Of a stretch of DNA of 64,000 bases, positions 50,628 through 63,954 are shown piece by piece. Each line of letters starts with the position of its first letter. Position 1 is the first letter of the stretch. Under the pieces are notes generated by a model. That model was not told the DNA's origin and searched no databases. It worked only from the letters and a program-made list of their open reading frames with translations. Origin of the DNA: Candidatus Poribacteria bacterium (GTDB taxonomy: Bacteria; Poribacteria; WGA-4E; WGA-3G); NCBI GenBank assembly GCA_022394755.1, contig JAGFCA010000028.1:3237-67236 (forward strand). The letters run 5' to 3'. The position numbers were made by a program, and so were the translations under genes.

Positions 50628-51788
50628 ATGTACCTTGAACGATTGTGCTTGCGAAATTTTAGAAATTATCAGGAGTGCGACATAACATTTCATTCCCCAG
50701 TAACCTTGATTGTTGGTAGAAACGCTATGGGGAAGACAAGCCTACTGGAATCTGTATATTTTCTGTGTACCGGTGAATCCCACCGATCTAATACCGCAGC
50801 AGAGTTAATACGTCATAATACTGAAGGGTTTGCTGTTACAGGATATTTCCAAAGTGATAAAAGACCAGGTACACATATCCGGCTTGAAGCAGTTAAACCA
50901 CGACAAGGTCCGTTTCGTTTAAAAACTGATGGTGTTCTCCAACGGAGACGCTCGGATTGGATAGGACAGTTCAATGTAGTCGTTTTCTCACCAGAATCAT
51001 TGGATCTTGTAAAAGGATCTCCGACATTCCGCAGACGATGGATTGATTTACTCTTATGTCAATTAAATCGTGAGTATTTAGATGAACTGCAACGGTATCG
51101 TGGAATATTGCAACACCGGAATGCGTTATTAAAACAGTTGAGTATAGGGAAAGGTGTTGCTAATGAGGTGTCTGTATGGGATGGATTACTAATTGAATCC
51201 GGAGTCGCTTTAATTGGGGCTCGATTTACTGCCTTGAAACGTGTAAGTGTTGTTGTGGAAAATACCCATCTATCGTTGACAGGTGGAATGGAACGGTTAA
51301 TATTGGAATATATCCCCGGAATAGAGAATGGTGGAGAGGCTATATCAGATATAACTAATCTAACCGAACATTTTCGTGAAGCAGTAACAAAAGCTCGTCG
51401 TGATGAAGTGCGTCGGGGTGTAACCCTTGTTGGTCCACATCGTGATGATTTTACATTGGCATTAGAGAAAGTAGATGCTGAAGATGAAAAATTACGAGAA
51501 ACAGCTCGTACCTATGCCTCACAAGGACAACATAGGACAATTGCCCTTGCTTTAAAACTTGCTGAGTTAGAGTATATAAGAGAAGATACTGGAAGTGCTC
51601 CACTTTTCCTTTTGGATGATGTTTTATCTGAATTGGATGTAAAGAGACGAGCGTATCTATTATCCTATCTTCAAGGGGTTGCTGCCCAAACAGTTATTAC
51701 CGCTACCGATAAAGATGTTATGGGAGACGAACTACCAGATGTTCACCTGTTAACGGTTGAAGAAGGTGTCATCGTAGATGGAAGTTAG
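50628..51788 (+). CDS. recF: DNA replication/repair protein RecF
   Basis: NFRNY, GRNAMGKTSLLE, GPHRDD, SQGQ and LLDDVLSELD. Confidence 0.96.
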   Translation: MYLERLCLRNFRNYQECDITFHSPVTLIVGRNAMGKTSLLESVYFLCTGESHRSNTAAELIRHNTEGFAVTGYFQSDKRPGTHIRLEAVKPRQGPFRLKTDGVLQRRRSDWIGQFNVVVFSPESLDLVKGSPTFRRRWIDLLLCQLNREYLDELQRYRGILQHRNALLKQLSIGKGVANEVSVWDGLLIESGVALIGARFTALKRVSVVVENTHLSLTGGMERLILEYIPGIENGGEAISDITNLTEHFREAVTKARRDEVRRGVTLVGPHRDDFTLALEKVDAEDEKLRETARTYASQGQHRTIALALKLAELEYIREDTGSAPLFLLDDVLSELDVKRRAYLLSYLQGVAAQTVITATDKDVMGDELPDVHLLTVEEGVIVDGS

Positions 51789-51858
51789 AACGTTGAAAAC
51801 AGTAAATTTATACTAATACTTGTCATGCCATAATCATATATTGGATAAGGTGTATTAA

Positions 51859-52434
51859 ATGCAATATGGAAAATCAGGTAAACAGAGACGGAGAGTACAA
51901 ATACAACGGGGTACAGTAAAGGTACATGATGTTGTAGAAGGTGTTCTACGTAAACGTGGCTGGTCTGATAAACTATATGAAAGACGTGTTTTTGATATTT
52001 GGGAGTCGGTTGTTGGGAAGGCAAATGCTGCACAAAGTGCACCGATTTCATTATATAACGGGATTTTAAGAGTTGATGTGTCCCATCCTGTCTATGCGAA
52101 TGAAATGACAATGATGAAAATTGATATTATAGAAAAACTCAAAAGTGAACTTGAGAACGAAGATCCAAAGGTTCGGAAAGTTACCATGACAAAAAATATC
52201 GTCGATATTCGGTTTAACTTTAACCCACGTTTTTCCAAAGAAAAATCTCATAGTGTAAGAGATAAATCAAAGACTGATACAGTTGAAAAAAATGTTATAC
52301 CGGTGTCATCAGAAATGAAGCAACAGATAGAATCTATGGTTTCAGTTGTAAACGATCAAGAATTACGTGAGGCGTTAAAAACCCTCTTTACAACACAATG
52401 CGCTGACACAGAAAAAGTAGATGATGGGAATTGA
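51859..52434 (+). CDS. DUF721 / DciA helicase-loader family protein
   Basis: WESVVG..A..S.P..L.NG.L.V.V..P.YA.E signature; lies between recF and gyrB. Confidence 0.8.
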   Translation: MQYGKSGKQRRRVQIQRGTVKVHDVVEGVLRKRGWSDKLYERRVFDIWESVVGKANAAQSAPISLYNGILRVDVSHPVYANEMTMMKIDIIEKLKSELENEDPKVRKVTMTKNIVDIRFNFNPRFSKEKSHSVRDKSKTDTVEKNVIPVSSEMKQQIESMVSVVNDQELREALKTLFTTQCADTEKVDDGN

Positions 52435-52736
52435 ACAGTTGAGAATAATGTCTATAACATTTTCACAAAATAGATAAAAAAAGAGGTTGCAGAAGTAGTG
52501 TCGTTTATGCTACAATGCATATAAGTAAAATCAATTTTATATTAGTGATATTACAAAACAAGTTAGACTATAAAACATATATAAGTTGACGGATTTTGTT
52601 ATAAATATTTTTAATATATTATAACTATAAGTAATGTTTTTGTGTTGCTGTGATTCGGTTGCTTTATCTTACAGATGATTTCATAATTGCTTTCAAATTT
52701 TACCTAATTGGGGCAACTGATAAACAAAGCCAATAA

Positions 52737-55310
<2,574 letters not shown>

Positions 55311-55368
55311 CACATTCGATATGTCATATTTTTCCGATTTAACAGGCACAGACGGCATATTCATAACT

Positions 55369-55447
55369 TAACATAAGTTTGATAATTGGAATCGGTAATT
55401 TGTTGCTTCAGCGCACCGAGTATAAATGATTTATCAAACTCAGGTTA
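55369..55447. mobile_element. Short MITE of the TAACGTGAGTTTGA family between gyrB and gyrA
   Basis: taacataagtttgataa ... ttatcaaactcaggtta degenerate TIRs. Confidence 0.6.
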
Positions 55448-55477
55448 TACTACCAACTTAGATTATAAGAGAAGGAA

Positions 55478-57922
55478 ATGCAAGAAGAAAATATCATTAG
55501 GCGCACAATAGAATCTGAATTACAAACATCATATCTCACCTACGCTATGAGCGTAAATACGAATAGAGCTATCCCAGATGTACGGGATGGTTTGAAACCG
55601 AGTGCACGACGGATAATCTATGCTATGGGTGAACTCAACCTAACGAATGACCGTCCTACTGATAAATGTGCTGCGGTCGTTGGTGAGGTGATGAAAAATT
55701 TCCATCCACACGGGGATGGTCCGATTTATGGAACACTTGTAGGACTTGCTCAAGACTTTACTATGCGGTATCCCTTAATTTACGGACAAGGCAACTTTGG
55801 ATCAATAGACGAAGACCCTGCAGGTGCAATGCGGTATACGGAATGCAGACTTACCAAGATTGCTGAGACACTTCTACTTGATATTAAGAAAGATACAGTT
55901 GATTTTCAACCAAATTATAAAGAATCCATGGAAGAACCAACTGTGTTGCCAGGTCTTCTTCCGAATATCCTTGTTAATGGTACCACCGGCATCGGTGTTG
56001 GTTATCAAACGAAAATACCGCCACATAATCTAAACGAAGTAGTTGATGCTCTCTTACATACACTTGATTTTCCTGAGGCTACTGTTGATGAATTACTTGA
56101 ATTTATTCCTGGACCTGATTTTCCTACGGGTGGAATCATTGTCGGTAGGAATGAAATCAAGAAGATGTATACTACAGGAAAAGGGAATATGCCGGTGCGC
56201 GCAAGGGTAGAAATTGAACCCATGACAAATGATAAATCTCGAGGTGAACGGGAGCAGATTATCGTTACTGAAATACCTTATCATGTAAAGAAGAATAAAC
56301 TACTTGATGAAATATATGAGTTGGTGGTGACCAAAGTAATAACTGGAATTTCCGATATTCGAGATGAATCTGATGAGGATATTCGCATTGTCATTGAACT
56401 CAAGCGAGGAGAGGTACCACAGGTTATCCTAAATCAGTTGTATAAACACACAAAGATGCAGCAACACTATTCTGCAAATATGCTTTGTCTTGTAGAAGGA
56501 CTCCCGAAAGTATTAACGCTCACCGAAATTCTGAATTATTATTTAGAACATAGACGCGATGTTATCCGTCGACGAACACAGTTCGATTTAACACGATGCG
56601 AAAATAGAGCTCATGTTTTAGAAGGATACCGTATCGCTCTTGAAAATATTGACGAGGTGATAGAAATTGTTCAAACCGCCGAAACACCACAAGAGGCAAG
56701 AGAACAACTTCAGGAACAATTTGAACTATCCGAAATTCAAGCACGGGAAGTATTGGATCTAACTTTGCGCCAGTTGACCGGTTTAGAACGCCAACGTATT
56801 AATGACGAATACGAAGATCTACTGGTTCAAATTGCAGAATTCAAGGCAATTCTTGAAAGTGATGAACTTGTTACCAATATCATCAGAGAAGAATTAGAAG
56901 GATTGAAAGAAGATCATGGGGATGATCGTCTTACCGAAATAGTTGATGAAGTAAGAAGTTTTGAAATGGAAGACTTGATTGCTGATGAAGAAATGGTTGT
57001 TACACTGACACATTCAGGTTATCTAAAACGAATTCCAATGGACACATATCAAACACAAAATCGTGGGGGTGTTGGTATTAAAGGTGGAAATCCCAAAGAT
57101 GGCGATTTCTTAGAACAATTAATTATTGCAACAGCCCACCAATCTCTGCTTTTCTTTACGAGTTTTGGTAAGTGTTATGTAAAAAAAGTTTATGAAATAC
57201 CGGAAGGTTCGCGTACCGCAGCTGGACGTGCTGCAGTAAATATGTTAAAGCTTGGAGATACCGAGACTATTTCCGCATTCTTACCTGTACGAGAGTTTAA
57301 TGAAGAACAATATATCCTTATGGCAACAAGGAATGGTATTGTGAAAAAAACCGCACTTACCGATTTTAGCAACCGAATTTCAAGTGGTATCATTGCTGTA
57401 AAATTGGATGATGGTGACCAGTTAATTGGTGCTCAACTGACTGATGGAAATTATGAAGTTATTTTGGTTAGTCACAATGGGAACTCTATCCGCTTTAACG
57501 AATCAGAGGTGCGGAGCATGGGGCGCGCAACACGTGGGGTTAGAGGTATCCGACTCAGTGGTGAAGATGACTATGTCGTAGACATGGTGTGTTCGGCAGA
57601 TGAAAACGATTCTCTATTGGTTGTAACTGAAAATGGTTATGGTAAACGTACAGCATTGTCGGCATATCGTTCTCAAAAACGTGGCGGCGTAGGTCTCACA
57701 GCGATTAAACGTTCAACTCGTAATGGGGCAATGGTTTCTGCAAAATTAGTTGCGGATCCAGACGAGCTTGTTTTGATTAGTTCTGCAGGATATGTTACTC
57801 GGATGGCTGTCAGCGATGTTCGCGTAATTGGACGGGCGACACAAGGTGTGAGACTCATGAGTTTAGGTGAAGATGAAAAACTCGTAGATGTGGCTAAAAT
57901 AACCGCAACTAACACTGAATAA
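55478..57922 (+). CDS. gyrA: DNA gyrase subunit A
   Basis: PDVRDGLKP, HPHGD, AMRYTE, GyrA-box QNRGGVG and CTD pinwheel repeats. Confidence 0.97.
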   Translation: MQEENIIRRTIESELQTSYLTYAMSVNTNRAIPDVRDGLKPSARRIIYAMGELNLTNDRPTDKCAAVVGEVMKNFHPHGDGPIYGTLVGLAQDFTMRYPLIYGQGNFGSIDEDPAGAMRYTECRLTKIAETLLLDIKKDTVDFQPNYKESMEEPTVLPGLLPNILVNGTTGIGVGYQTKIPPHNLNEVVDALLHTLDFPEATVDELLEFIPGPDFPTGGIIVGRNEIKKMYTTGKGNMPVRARVEIEPMTNDKSRGEREQIIVTEIPYHVKKNKLLDEIYELVVTKVITGISDIRDESDEDIRIVIELKRGEVPQVILNQLYKHTKMQQHYSANMLCLVEGLPKVLTLTEILNYYLEHRRDVIRRRTQFDLTRCENRAHVLEGYRIALENIDEVIEIVQTAETPQEAREQLQEQFELSEIQAREVLDLTLRQLTGLERQRINDEYEDLLVQIAEFKAILESDELVTNIIREELEGLKEDHGDDRLTEIVDEVRSFEMEDLIADEEMVVTLTHSGYLKRIPMDTYQTQNRGGVGIKGGNPKDGDFLEQLIIATAHQSLLFFTSFGKCYVKKVYEIPEGSRTAAGRAAVNMLKLGDTETISAFLPVREFNEEQYILMATRNGIVKKTALTDFSNRISSGIIAVKLDDGDQLIGAQLTDGNYEVILVSHNGNSIRFNESEVRSMGRATRGVRGIRLSGEDDYVVDMVCSADENDSLLVVTENGYGKRTALSAYRSQKRGGVGLTAIKRSTRNGAMVSAKLVADPDELVLISSAGYVTRMAVSDVRVIGRATQGVRLMSLGEDEKLVDVAKITATNTE

Positions 57923-57973
57923 AAAATGGACAACAAGTTCCATTACATTAATTGAATAGGAGTAAGTTAGGAG

Positions 57974-59515
57974 ATGGTGATAAAAAAGAAAAATTGGACG
58001 GTCTTATTTCTTGTTAGTATATTTTGTCTTATGGCTACAAGGATCGCTATATTTGCCCAAGATGTTTATCCGCTTGAAACTCCAGAACTTGTAACAGAAA
58101 ATAATGTCTCCGACATAAGCAAGACCTATTCACGGATGATGGCAGCAGTCTATTTGCAGCGATCTACAGAAGATCTGACGATCTCAAAACAGTTGTACGA
58201 TCAATTGGTAAATGATGTTGAAGACTCTGCTTTTGTCTGGTATAAACGAGCACAGCTCCGGTATCAACGACTACAGGATATTCGTGGAGCTGAGAAAGAT
58301 ATTGAGAAAGCTCTTGAAATTGATCCTTCCCATGTTCCCGCGACATGGCAACTTGCCCAAATTTTAGCACACCGTGCGTCTTATTCAGGAGGACGCGGGA
58401 TAAAAAAATTAGTAGAGACACTTAAAAGAGTTACCGAATTGGATTCAGATCATTTTATGGCACATCGGATGCTGTCGGATATATCATTTCAACTTCAGGA
58501 TTTTGATACTGCTGAAAAATCATTCAAGGCACTTACACGGATAGTGCCTTTCGATCCCCAATATCACAAATCCTTAGGAGATATATACAAAAAGCAGAAA
58601 AAAATACAAGAGGCGATTGACGCTTATCAACGTGTTATAAAGATTAAGCCTAATGATTTAAATGTGCTGAACACTGTAGGATATATATACTATGATACCG
58701 GGAAGATTAAGCAAGCACAAGAAACTTTTATGAAAGCTGTTGAGGTCGAACCGAATAATGTTGATGCAAACATAGGTCTTGGGTTGGTACTGGAAAATCT
58801 GGCTTATGAGATACAAGCACTGAAAAATAAAGAGGATAATAGAGAATTGATTGATCCTGCAACACTTATTCAAGATGCAGAGAGATACCTCGGACGTGCA
58901 ATCTTCTTTTCTAAAGAAATTCTCAACAATCCTAAGAATGATGCTCAACATGCATTCTATCTTGAAAAAATGATTACTGCACAGTATGCATTGGCTAATG
59001 TTTATATAATATTTGAAAAACTTGAAAATGCTGAGGACGCGTTTAAGCAACTTCTCGCTGAAGTTCCAGATCATATCGGCGCAACATACGGAATTGGTTC
59101 AGTCTATCAAAGTATGGGAAACTTTGAAATGGCAGAGACATATTTGCGTAAAACGCTTACTATGGAACCTGCACATGAAATTGCTCTTAATGCACTCGGG
59201 TATCTATATGCACAACAAGGTATACAACTTGATGAAGCTGAGGCGTTAATCAAACGAGCACTCAAAAAATCCCCAACAAATGGGGCATATCTTGATAGTC
59301 TTGGATGGGTATTTTATAAACAAGGAAAGTTTGCTGAAGCTGTCAGAACTTTAGAAGAGGCAAATCAACAAGCACCTAATAACGCAGAAATTCTTATGCA
59401 TCTTGGGGATGCATATCTCAAGAATGGTGAACCCGGAAAAGCTCAAAGTGTCTGGGAACAAGCCAAAACAATTGAACCAGATAACGAAGAGATACATGAA
59501 CGCCTTAATCAATGA
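57974..59515 (+). CDS. Secreted TPR-repeat protein
   Basis: Signal peptide; ALNALGYLYA..LDEA..IKRAL..YLDSLGWV..HLGD. Confidence 0.88.
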   Translation: MVIKKKNWTVLFLVSIFCLMATRIAIFAQDVYPLETPELVTENNVSDISKTYSRMMAAVYLQRSTEDLTISKQLYDQLVNDVEDSAFVWYKRAQLRYQRLQDIRGAEKDIEKALEIDPSHVPATWQLAQILAHRASYSGGRGIKKLVETLKRVTELDSDHFMAHRMLSDISFQLQDFDTAEKSFKALTRIVPFDPQYHKSLGDIYKKQKKIQEAIDAYQRVIKIKPNDLNVLNTVGYIYYDTGKIKQAQETFMKAVEVEPNNVDANIGLGLVLENLAYEIQALKNKEDNRELIDPATLIQDAERYLGRAIFFSKEILNNPKNDAQHAFYLEKMITAQYALANVYIIFEKLENAEDAFKQLLAEVPDHIGATYGIGSVYQSMGNFEMAETYLRKTLTMEPAHEIALNALGYLYAQQGIQLDEAEALIKRALKKSPTNGAYLDSLGWVFYKQGKFAEAVRTLEEANQQAPNNAEILMHLGDAYLKNGEPGKAQSVWEQAKTIEPDNEEIHERLNQ

Positions 59516-61236
59516 TGCGATATATCACCATCAAGGTTATCTTATTGACACTAACGTTTTTCATCCAATACGGTGAAACGTTCCAGTGCGGGGTTCCTGA
59601 AATAAAAAACCATATCGGTACACATGTTATACCAGATGTACCCTCTGCACCCGCACAACCTGCTGCCCCAGAACTTCCAATCGGGTCCGAACGCACCTTC
59701 TTTGCCATAGATTTCGCAAAAAAACAGCAGTACACTATCAATACTACATTGCAAGGTAGTGGACCTCACTGTTATATTTATGTTGAAAACTCAGAATGGC
59801 GACGAAATGTCTCTCCCATAACAGTTCAAACTATCCAAAACGCATTTAATTTTACAACACCAGCAGATCCAAACCGTGGAATCTATCAGATCCTAACGGA
59901 AGACATTGGACCGGTACCAGATATTGATAGAAACGAAAAAGTAATATTGCTACTACTCAATATACGTGATGTTGGTAACACCCATTCTACAGTCGGATAT
60001 TTCATGCCGATTGATCAACATCGAGGTATTCTTCAACACCCGACACTCGGACCACTCCACAGTAATGTTGGCGAAATTTTGTATATTGATGCAAAAGATA
60101 AACTCCTGAATAATTCTCAAATGCAGGCAGTTATTGCTCATGAACTGCAACATATTATACACTGGGAACACTCACCAAAAGAACATACATGGGTTGATGA
60201 AGGATGTGCAAATTACGCTGCGTTTCAATGTGGATACGATATTTACCAGCATGTTAAAGCTTTTCAGGAAGCTCCGAACACGTCCCTTACTGATTGGTCC
60301 CAAACAACTGATACCAACTTACTCGCACATTATGGGGCTGCCTTCATATTTATGATGTACCTACATGACCATTATGGAGGTTTGGAAACCATTTCTGCCC
60401 TTGTGCAAAATCCATTAGATGGAATTCCAGGGATTACCAATACACTGGATGCGAGAAGTATCACCAACTCTTTCTCAAATGTGTTTTCTGATTGGAAAGT
60501 TGCAAACTATCTTTCTACATGGGGATTACTCGGTTCGATTGGAAAACAATACCTGTATAACTCGATTAGACCTGTTGTAACACCACAATTCACACACGAT
60601 ACATACCCAGTTAACAGAAGAAATGAGACGTTGGCAAATTTTACTGCACACGCAATTGATTGTAAGGTAGCATCTGCTGGTCAGTTAGGTCTTAACTTCA
60701 GTTTTACGACACAACGGAACACAAAGGTTGATATAAGAGTTGCTTATTTAAATGATTCTGGAGAAATATCTGTAGAATCACTACCCTTTAAAACAACTGA
60801 TGGAACAGCAATACTTGATCTTCCTGACTTTGGTTCTACAGTCAAACGTGCTATACTTATACCAAGTCTACAGATAGAAAATCCGAGTTTTGCTCAACAG
60901 TCTATAACATATAACTATGGTGTGTTTGAAGGGGGACTGGGAACTTATTCCACAAAAGTCCTTCCGAATCCAATACATCCAAATTATTGGGAAATAATTG
61001 CTGTACCAGATGATGCAGCAGGTATAGTTTCACTTACTGTGAACTTGACTTACCAAAACCGAAATCTTTTTGAAGATAAACCGATGGTTTACATTCAAAA
61101 CGCCGGCAAGACATTGTATCGCTACGCTTTCCATCTTAAGCCTGAGATTAATACTGAAGGAGTAGAATGGAGCATCAACCGAGGGGATACTATTATTGAT
61201 GAAGGGGTTTTGGATGAAACAACAAACAAGAAATGA
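59512..61236 (+). CDS. Secreted neutral zinc metallopeptidase (M30/immune-inhibitor-like)
   Basis: AHELQHIIH..WVDEG gluzincin motif; GYF; YG..F..YL. Confidence 0.75.
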   Translation: MMRYITIKVILLTLTFFIQYGETFQCGVPEIKNHIGTHVIPDVPSAPAQPAAPELPIGSERTFFAIDFAKKQQYTINTTLQGSGPHCYIYVENSEWRRNVSPITVQTIQNAFNFTTPADPNRGIYQILTEDIGPVPDIDRNEKVILLLLNIRDVGNTHSTVGYFMPIDQHRGILQHPTLGPLHSNVGEILYIDAKDKLLNNSQMQAVIAHELQHIIHWEHSPKEHTWVDEGCANYAAFQCGYDIYQHVKAFQEAPNTSLTDWSQTTDTNLLAHYGAAFIFMMYLHDHYGGLETISALVQNPLDGIPGITNTLDARSITNSFSNVFSDWKVANYLSTWGLLGSIGKQYLYNSIRPVVTPQFTHDTYPVNRRNETLANFTAHAIDCKVASAGQLGLNFSFTTQRNTKVDIRVAYLNDSGEISVESLPFKTTDGTAILDLPDFGSTVKRAILIPSLQIENPSFAQQSITYNYGVFEGGLGTYSTKVLPNPIHPNYWEIIAVPDDAAGIVSLTVNLTYQNRNLFEDKPMVYIQNAGKTLYRYAFHLKPEINTEGVEWSINRGDTIIDEGVLDETTNKK

Positions 61237-61263
61237 GTATCAGAAACTAATTAGGAGGTATAT

Positions 61264-62244
61264 ATGTCGAAAACATTATATGCTGGGACAATTGGACAGA
61301 GTATTTGGCGAAGCACTGATATAGGTAAAACGTGGGATAGAGCAAGTAATGGTATCTTTCCAGAAGCAGATATTCGTGCTATTGTTGTTGATCCTACAGA
61401 TTCAAATATCTTGTATGCTGGCACAGAAAAAGGCGTTGTTAAAACCACTGACGGTGGTAATATGTGGGAACATATGCCAAGTGAAATGGATAGTAAAGAG
61501 GTCTGGTCACTCGCTATCCATCCAACAAATCCAGGAACTCTCTTTGCTGGAACGTGTCCATCCGCTTTTTACAAAACAACTGACGGCGCAAAAACATGGA
61601 CAAAACTTGATGCAGAACTCGCACAAGAATGTGAAGGTATTCCTATCATACCCCGTGTTACAACTATCATAATTGATCCAGAAGATCATGATACCATCTA
61701 TGCGGGAATTGAAATTGATGGAATGCGTCTCAGTAATGATGGCGGTAAGACATGGACAGAACGAAGTGAAGGTTTGAGTAGTTTAGACATACACGGTCTT
61801 ACGGTGGTACCGGGTGAACAAAAAACACTTGTCGCTGCAACAAATAACGATGTTTGTATCACTACGGATATGCACAGTTGGACACCATTGAAAGTTCGTG
61901 AACATTATCCGTGGCCATACTGTAGGGCAGCCTTTTATCTTAACGGAGACAACGCTAAGGTATTTATTGGAGCAGGAAACGGACCTCCGGGTGACCAAGG
62001 TGGAATATTTTTTATGAAAGATGCAAGTGATGCTTCGGATGCAGAAGCTATTCAATGGGATCGCTCTGATATCGGAATTACAGCAAACAGTACAATTTGG
62101 TGTTTCGGATATAATCCGAGTGTTGATGGATTGCTAATTGCCTGTAGTGTAAGCGGTCAACTATTTCTGAGTGAAGACAACGGTGATTCATGGGAGAAGT
62201 TATCACATGAATTCGGAGAAGTACGCGCATTAGCAATTGCTTGA
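61264..62244 (+). CDS. BNR/Asp-box beta-propeller protein
   Basis: Repeated S/T-x-D-G-G-x-T-W motifs. Confidence 0.8.
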   Translation: MSKTLYAGTIGQSIWRSTDIGKTWDRASNGIFPEADIRAIVVDPTDSNILYAGTEKGVVKTTDGGNMWEHMPSEMDSKEVWSLAIHPTNPGTLFAGTCPSAFYKTTDGAKTWTKLDAELAQECEGIPIIPRVTTIIIDPEDHDTIYAGIEIDGMRLSNDGGKTWTERSEGLSSLDIHGLTVVPGEQKTLVAATNNDVCITTDMHSWTPLKVREHYPWPYCRAAFYLNGDNAKVFIGAGNGPPGDQGGIFFMKDASDASDAEAIQWDRSDIGITANSTIWCFGYNPSVDGLLIACSVSGQLFLSEDNGDSWEKLSHEFGEVRALAIA

Positions 62245-62252
62245 TACGGTAT

Positions 62253-62290
62253 ATAGGTTTGCTAATAGATAATGTAGTTAGCGAACCTAT
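62253..62290 (+). terminator. Hairpin after the BNR gene
   Basis: ataggtttgctaa / ttagcgaacctat. Confidence 0.5.
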
Positions 62291-62349
62291 CCACTAATGC
62301 TTATTTGATGGATTCCGACGATAACCTTTACTTCTGTATGGTATTGATT

Positions 62350-62422
62350 TAACGTGAGTTTGACAAGGTGCGGTTTCCTAACCGCACTGATAAATAAATT
62401 TAAATTAATCAAACTCACGTTT
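62350..62422. mobile_element. Short MITE (AACGTGAGTTTGA TIR) with REP-like hairpin gtgcggtttcctaaccgcac
   Basis: Perfect 13-bp TIR; interior matches the reverse complement of ~27392-27421. Confidence 0.8.
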
Positions 62423-62450
62423 GATTAAGGAATAACTTGCTCAGATATCC

Positions 62451-63375
62451 GGGGTGTGTAAACTTTTGGCACTTTACAAAAGTGGTTTTATACCTACTAT
62501 CGTTTGGGAAATTTCCGAGAGGATACAACAAAATTTCAAAGTGTTATGGCATTTTCGATATTTTACTAACGAGAATCTAATTCCAAAAAAGATTTTGGAT
62601 AAGATAAAGGGTAACCCCGGGGAACGCCTAATGGCGTTCATACCCGAGGAATGTGTGAAATCCTATTCTGATTCGGGATAAAACAATAAATGAAGCAAGA
62701 CCGCTTCTCCGCGCAATCCTGTATCATCTGCGATTCAGAAAAGAAAACCATCACTACCCAAAGGCTTCTTTTCCGTGTAATCCGAGATTCTGCATAAAGA
62801 GCAATAGCAGACGACTATCAGCGTTACAGACAACATGCATAATACAAAAAAAATGAAGAAAATAAATGACAAAGCAACTAATATCATAAAGATAAATATG
62901 CATCGACATAATAAATACACACTACAATAACATATAGAGAATTAGTATAATACATCGTAGTAAAATAAAGTGTATTAAAATATAATCCAATAATCTGATT
63001 TTTCTGGAGTGAATCTGCCGATAAATATTATGTAATAATAGTAAAAACAGAATCATCGCTCATCAAGGAAAACTACAAAATTGTAACTTTTTTCAAATTT
63101 TAGAATTAGAGGTTAAATTCGTTACAAACCCAGACAGGGACTAACAGGAAAGGCGGTGAAAGAACAAGAAACATTCCTACACTTTGTAGGAAAAGTGTAA
63201 CATTTTCTCACACATCTAATAAAATGTACTAAGTTCGAAAACGATAAAATCATTTTAAAAATGTAATAGCTTAGATTTAATGCTACTGTAAACTGTATAA
63301 TGAAAACCAATTACTGTAATCTATGAAATATATACATGGATAATACGGTATTTATACCAAAAACTTTACATACCC
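62451..63375. mobile_element. ~925-bp non-autonomous element, copy 2, with imperfect TIRs and 8-bp flanking direct repeat AGATATCC
   Basis: Left end GGGGTGTGTAAACTTTTGG; right end (rc) GGGTATGTAAAGTTTTTGG; AGATATCC at 62443-62450 and 63376-63383. Confidence 0.75.
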
Positions 63376-63700
63376 AGATATCCTAAATACGGTGGTATTC
63401 TTCGATTAGTTAATACTGATAAATAGGACTAATTAACTTAAAAATTGGAGTTCCGTATGGACGGAATGTTGATAAATATAACATTGAACTAAATTAACTT
63501 TGTCCTAATGCAAATAATGTATACTTATCAATTAGAAATGGTATTAGAATATCTAACCGATGTTTAATTAACTTCACACGTAGAAATTGCCCAAACGAAG
63601 GTAATTTTACTGAAACCGTAGTAAATTACCTTCGTTTTTATAAAACCTTGTGAAAATGATGTAGAAATAGGCTTTTTAGTGTAATTTTAGTGAATTTTAT

Positions 63701-63862
63701 TTGACATATCTTTCATTTAGTGATATACTTAAGGTCTGCTCTGGGATGAAACAATGTTTCTCCCGTTCTTTGAAAATAAATTTGACTTGAGTCGTATAGC
63801 ATGGTATACTACTTTTTCCATTAGAGAATGGATTTGACTTAAGTTCGGATTTAGGGTATATT
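63701..63862 (+). promoter_or_regulatory. Three tandem sigma70 promoters upstream of tRNA-Ala
   Basis: TTGACA-17-TATACT (63701), TTGACT-17-TATACT (63782) and TTGACT-17-TATATT (63834). Confidence 0.75.
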
Positions 63863-63881
63863 TGAAATATACCAGACGCGA

Positions 63882-63954
63882 GGGGGTGTAGCTCAGCTGG
63901 GAGAGCAACTGCTTTGCACGCAGTAGGTCAGCGGTTCAACTCCGCTCATCTCCA
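63882..63954 (+). tRNA. tRNA-Ala(TGC)
   Basis: GGGGGTGTAGCTCAG; ACTGC-TT TGC AC-GCAGT; G3:U70. Confidence 0.95.

Noticed and set aside
62735..62920. 61-aa hydrophobic ORF as a type I toxin carried by the long repeat
   Set aside because: The homologous stretch in copy 1 (~27740-27930) has indels that break the frame; hydrophobicity follows from T-richness.
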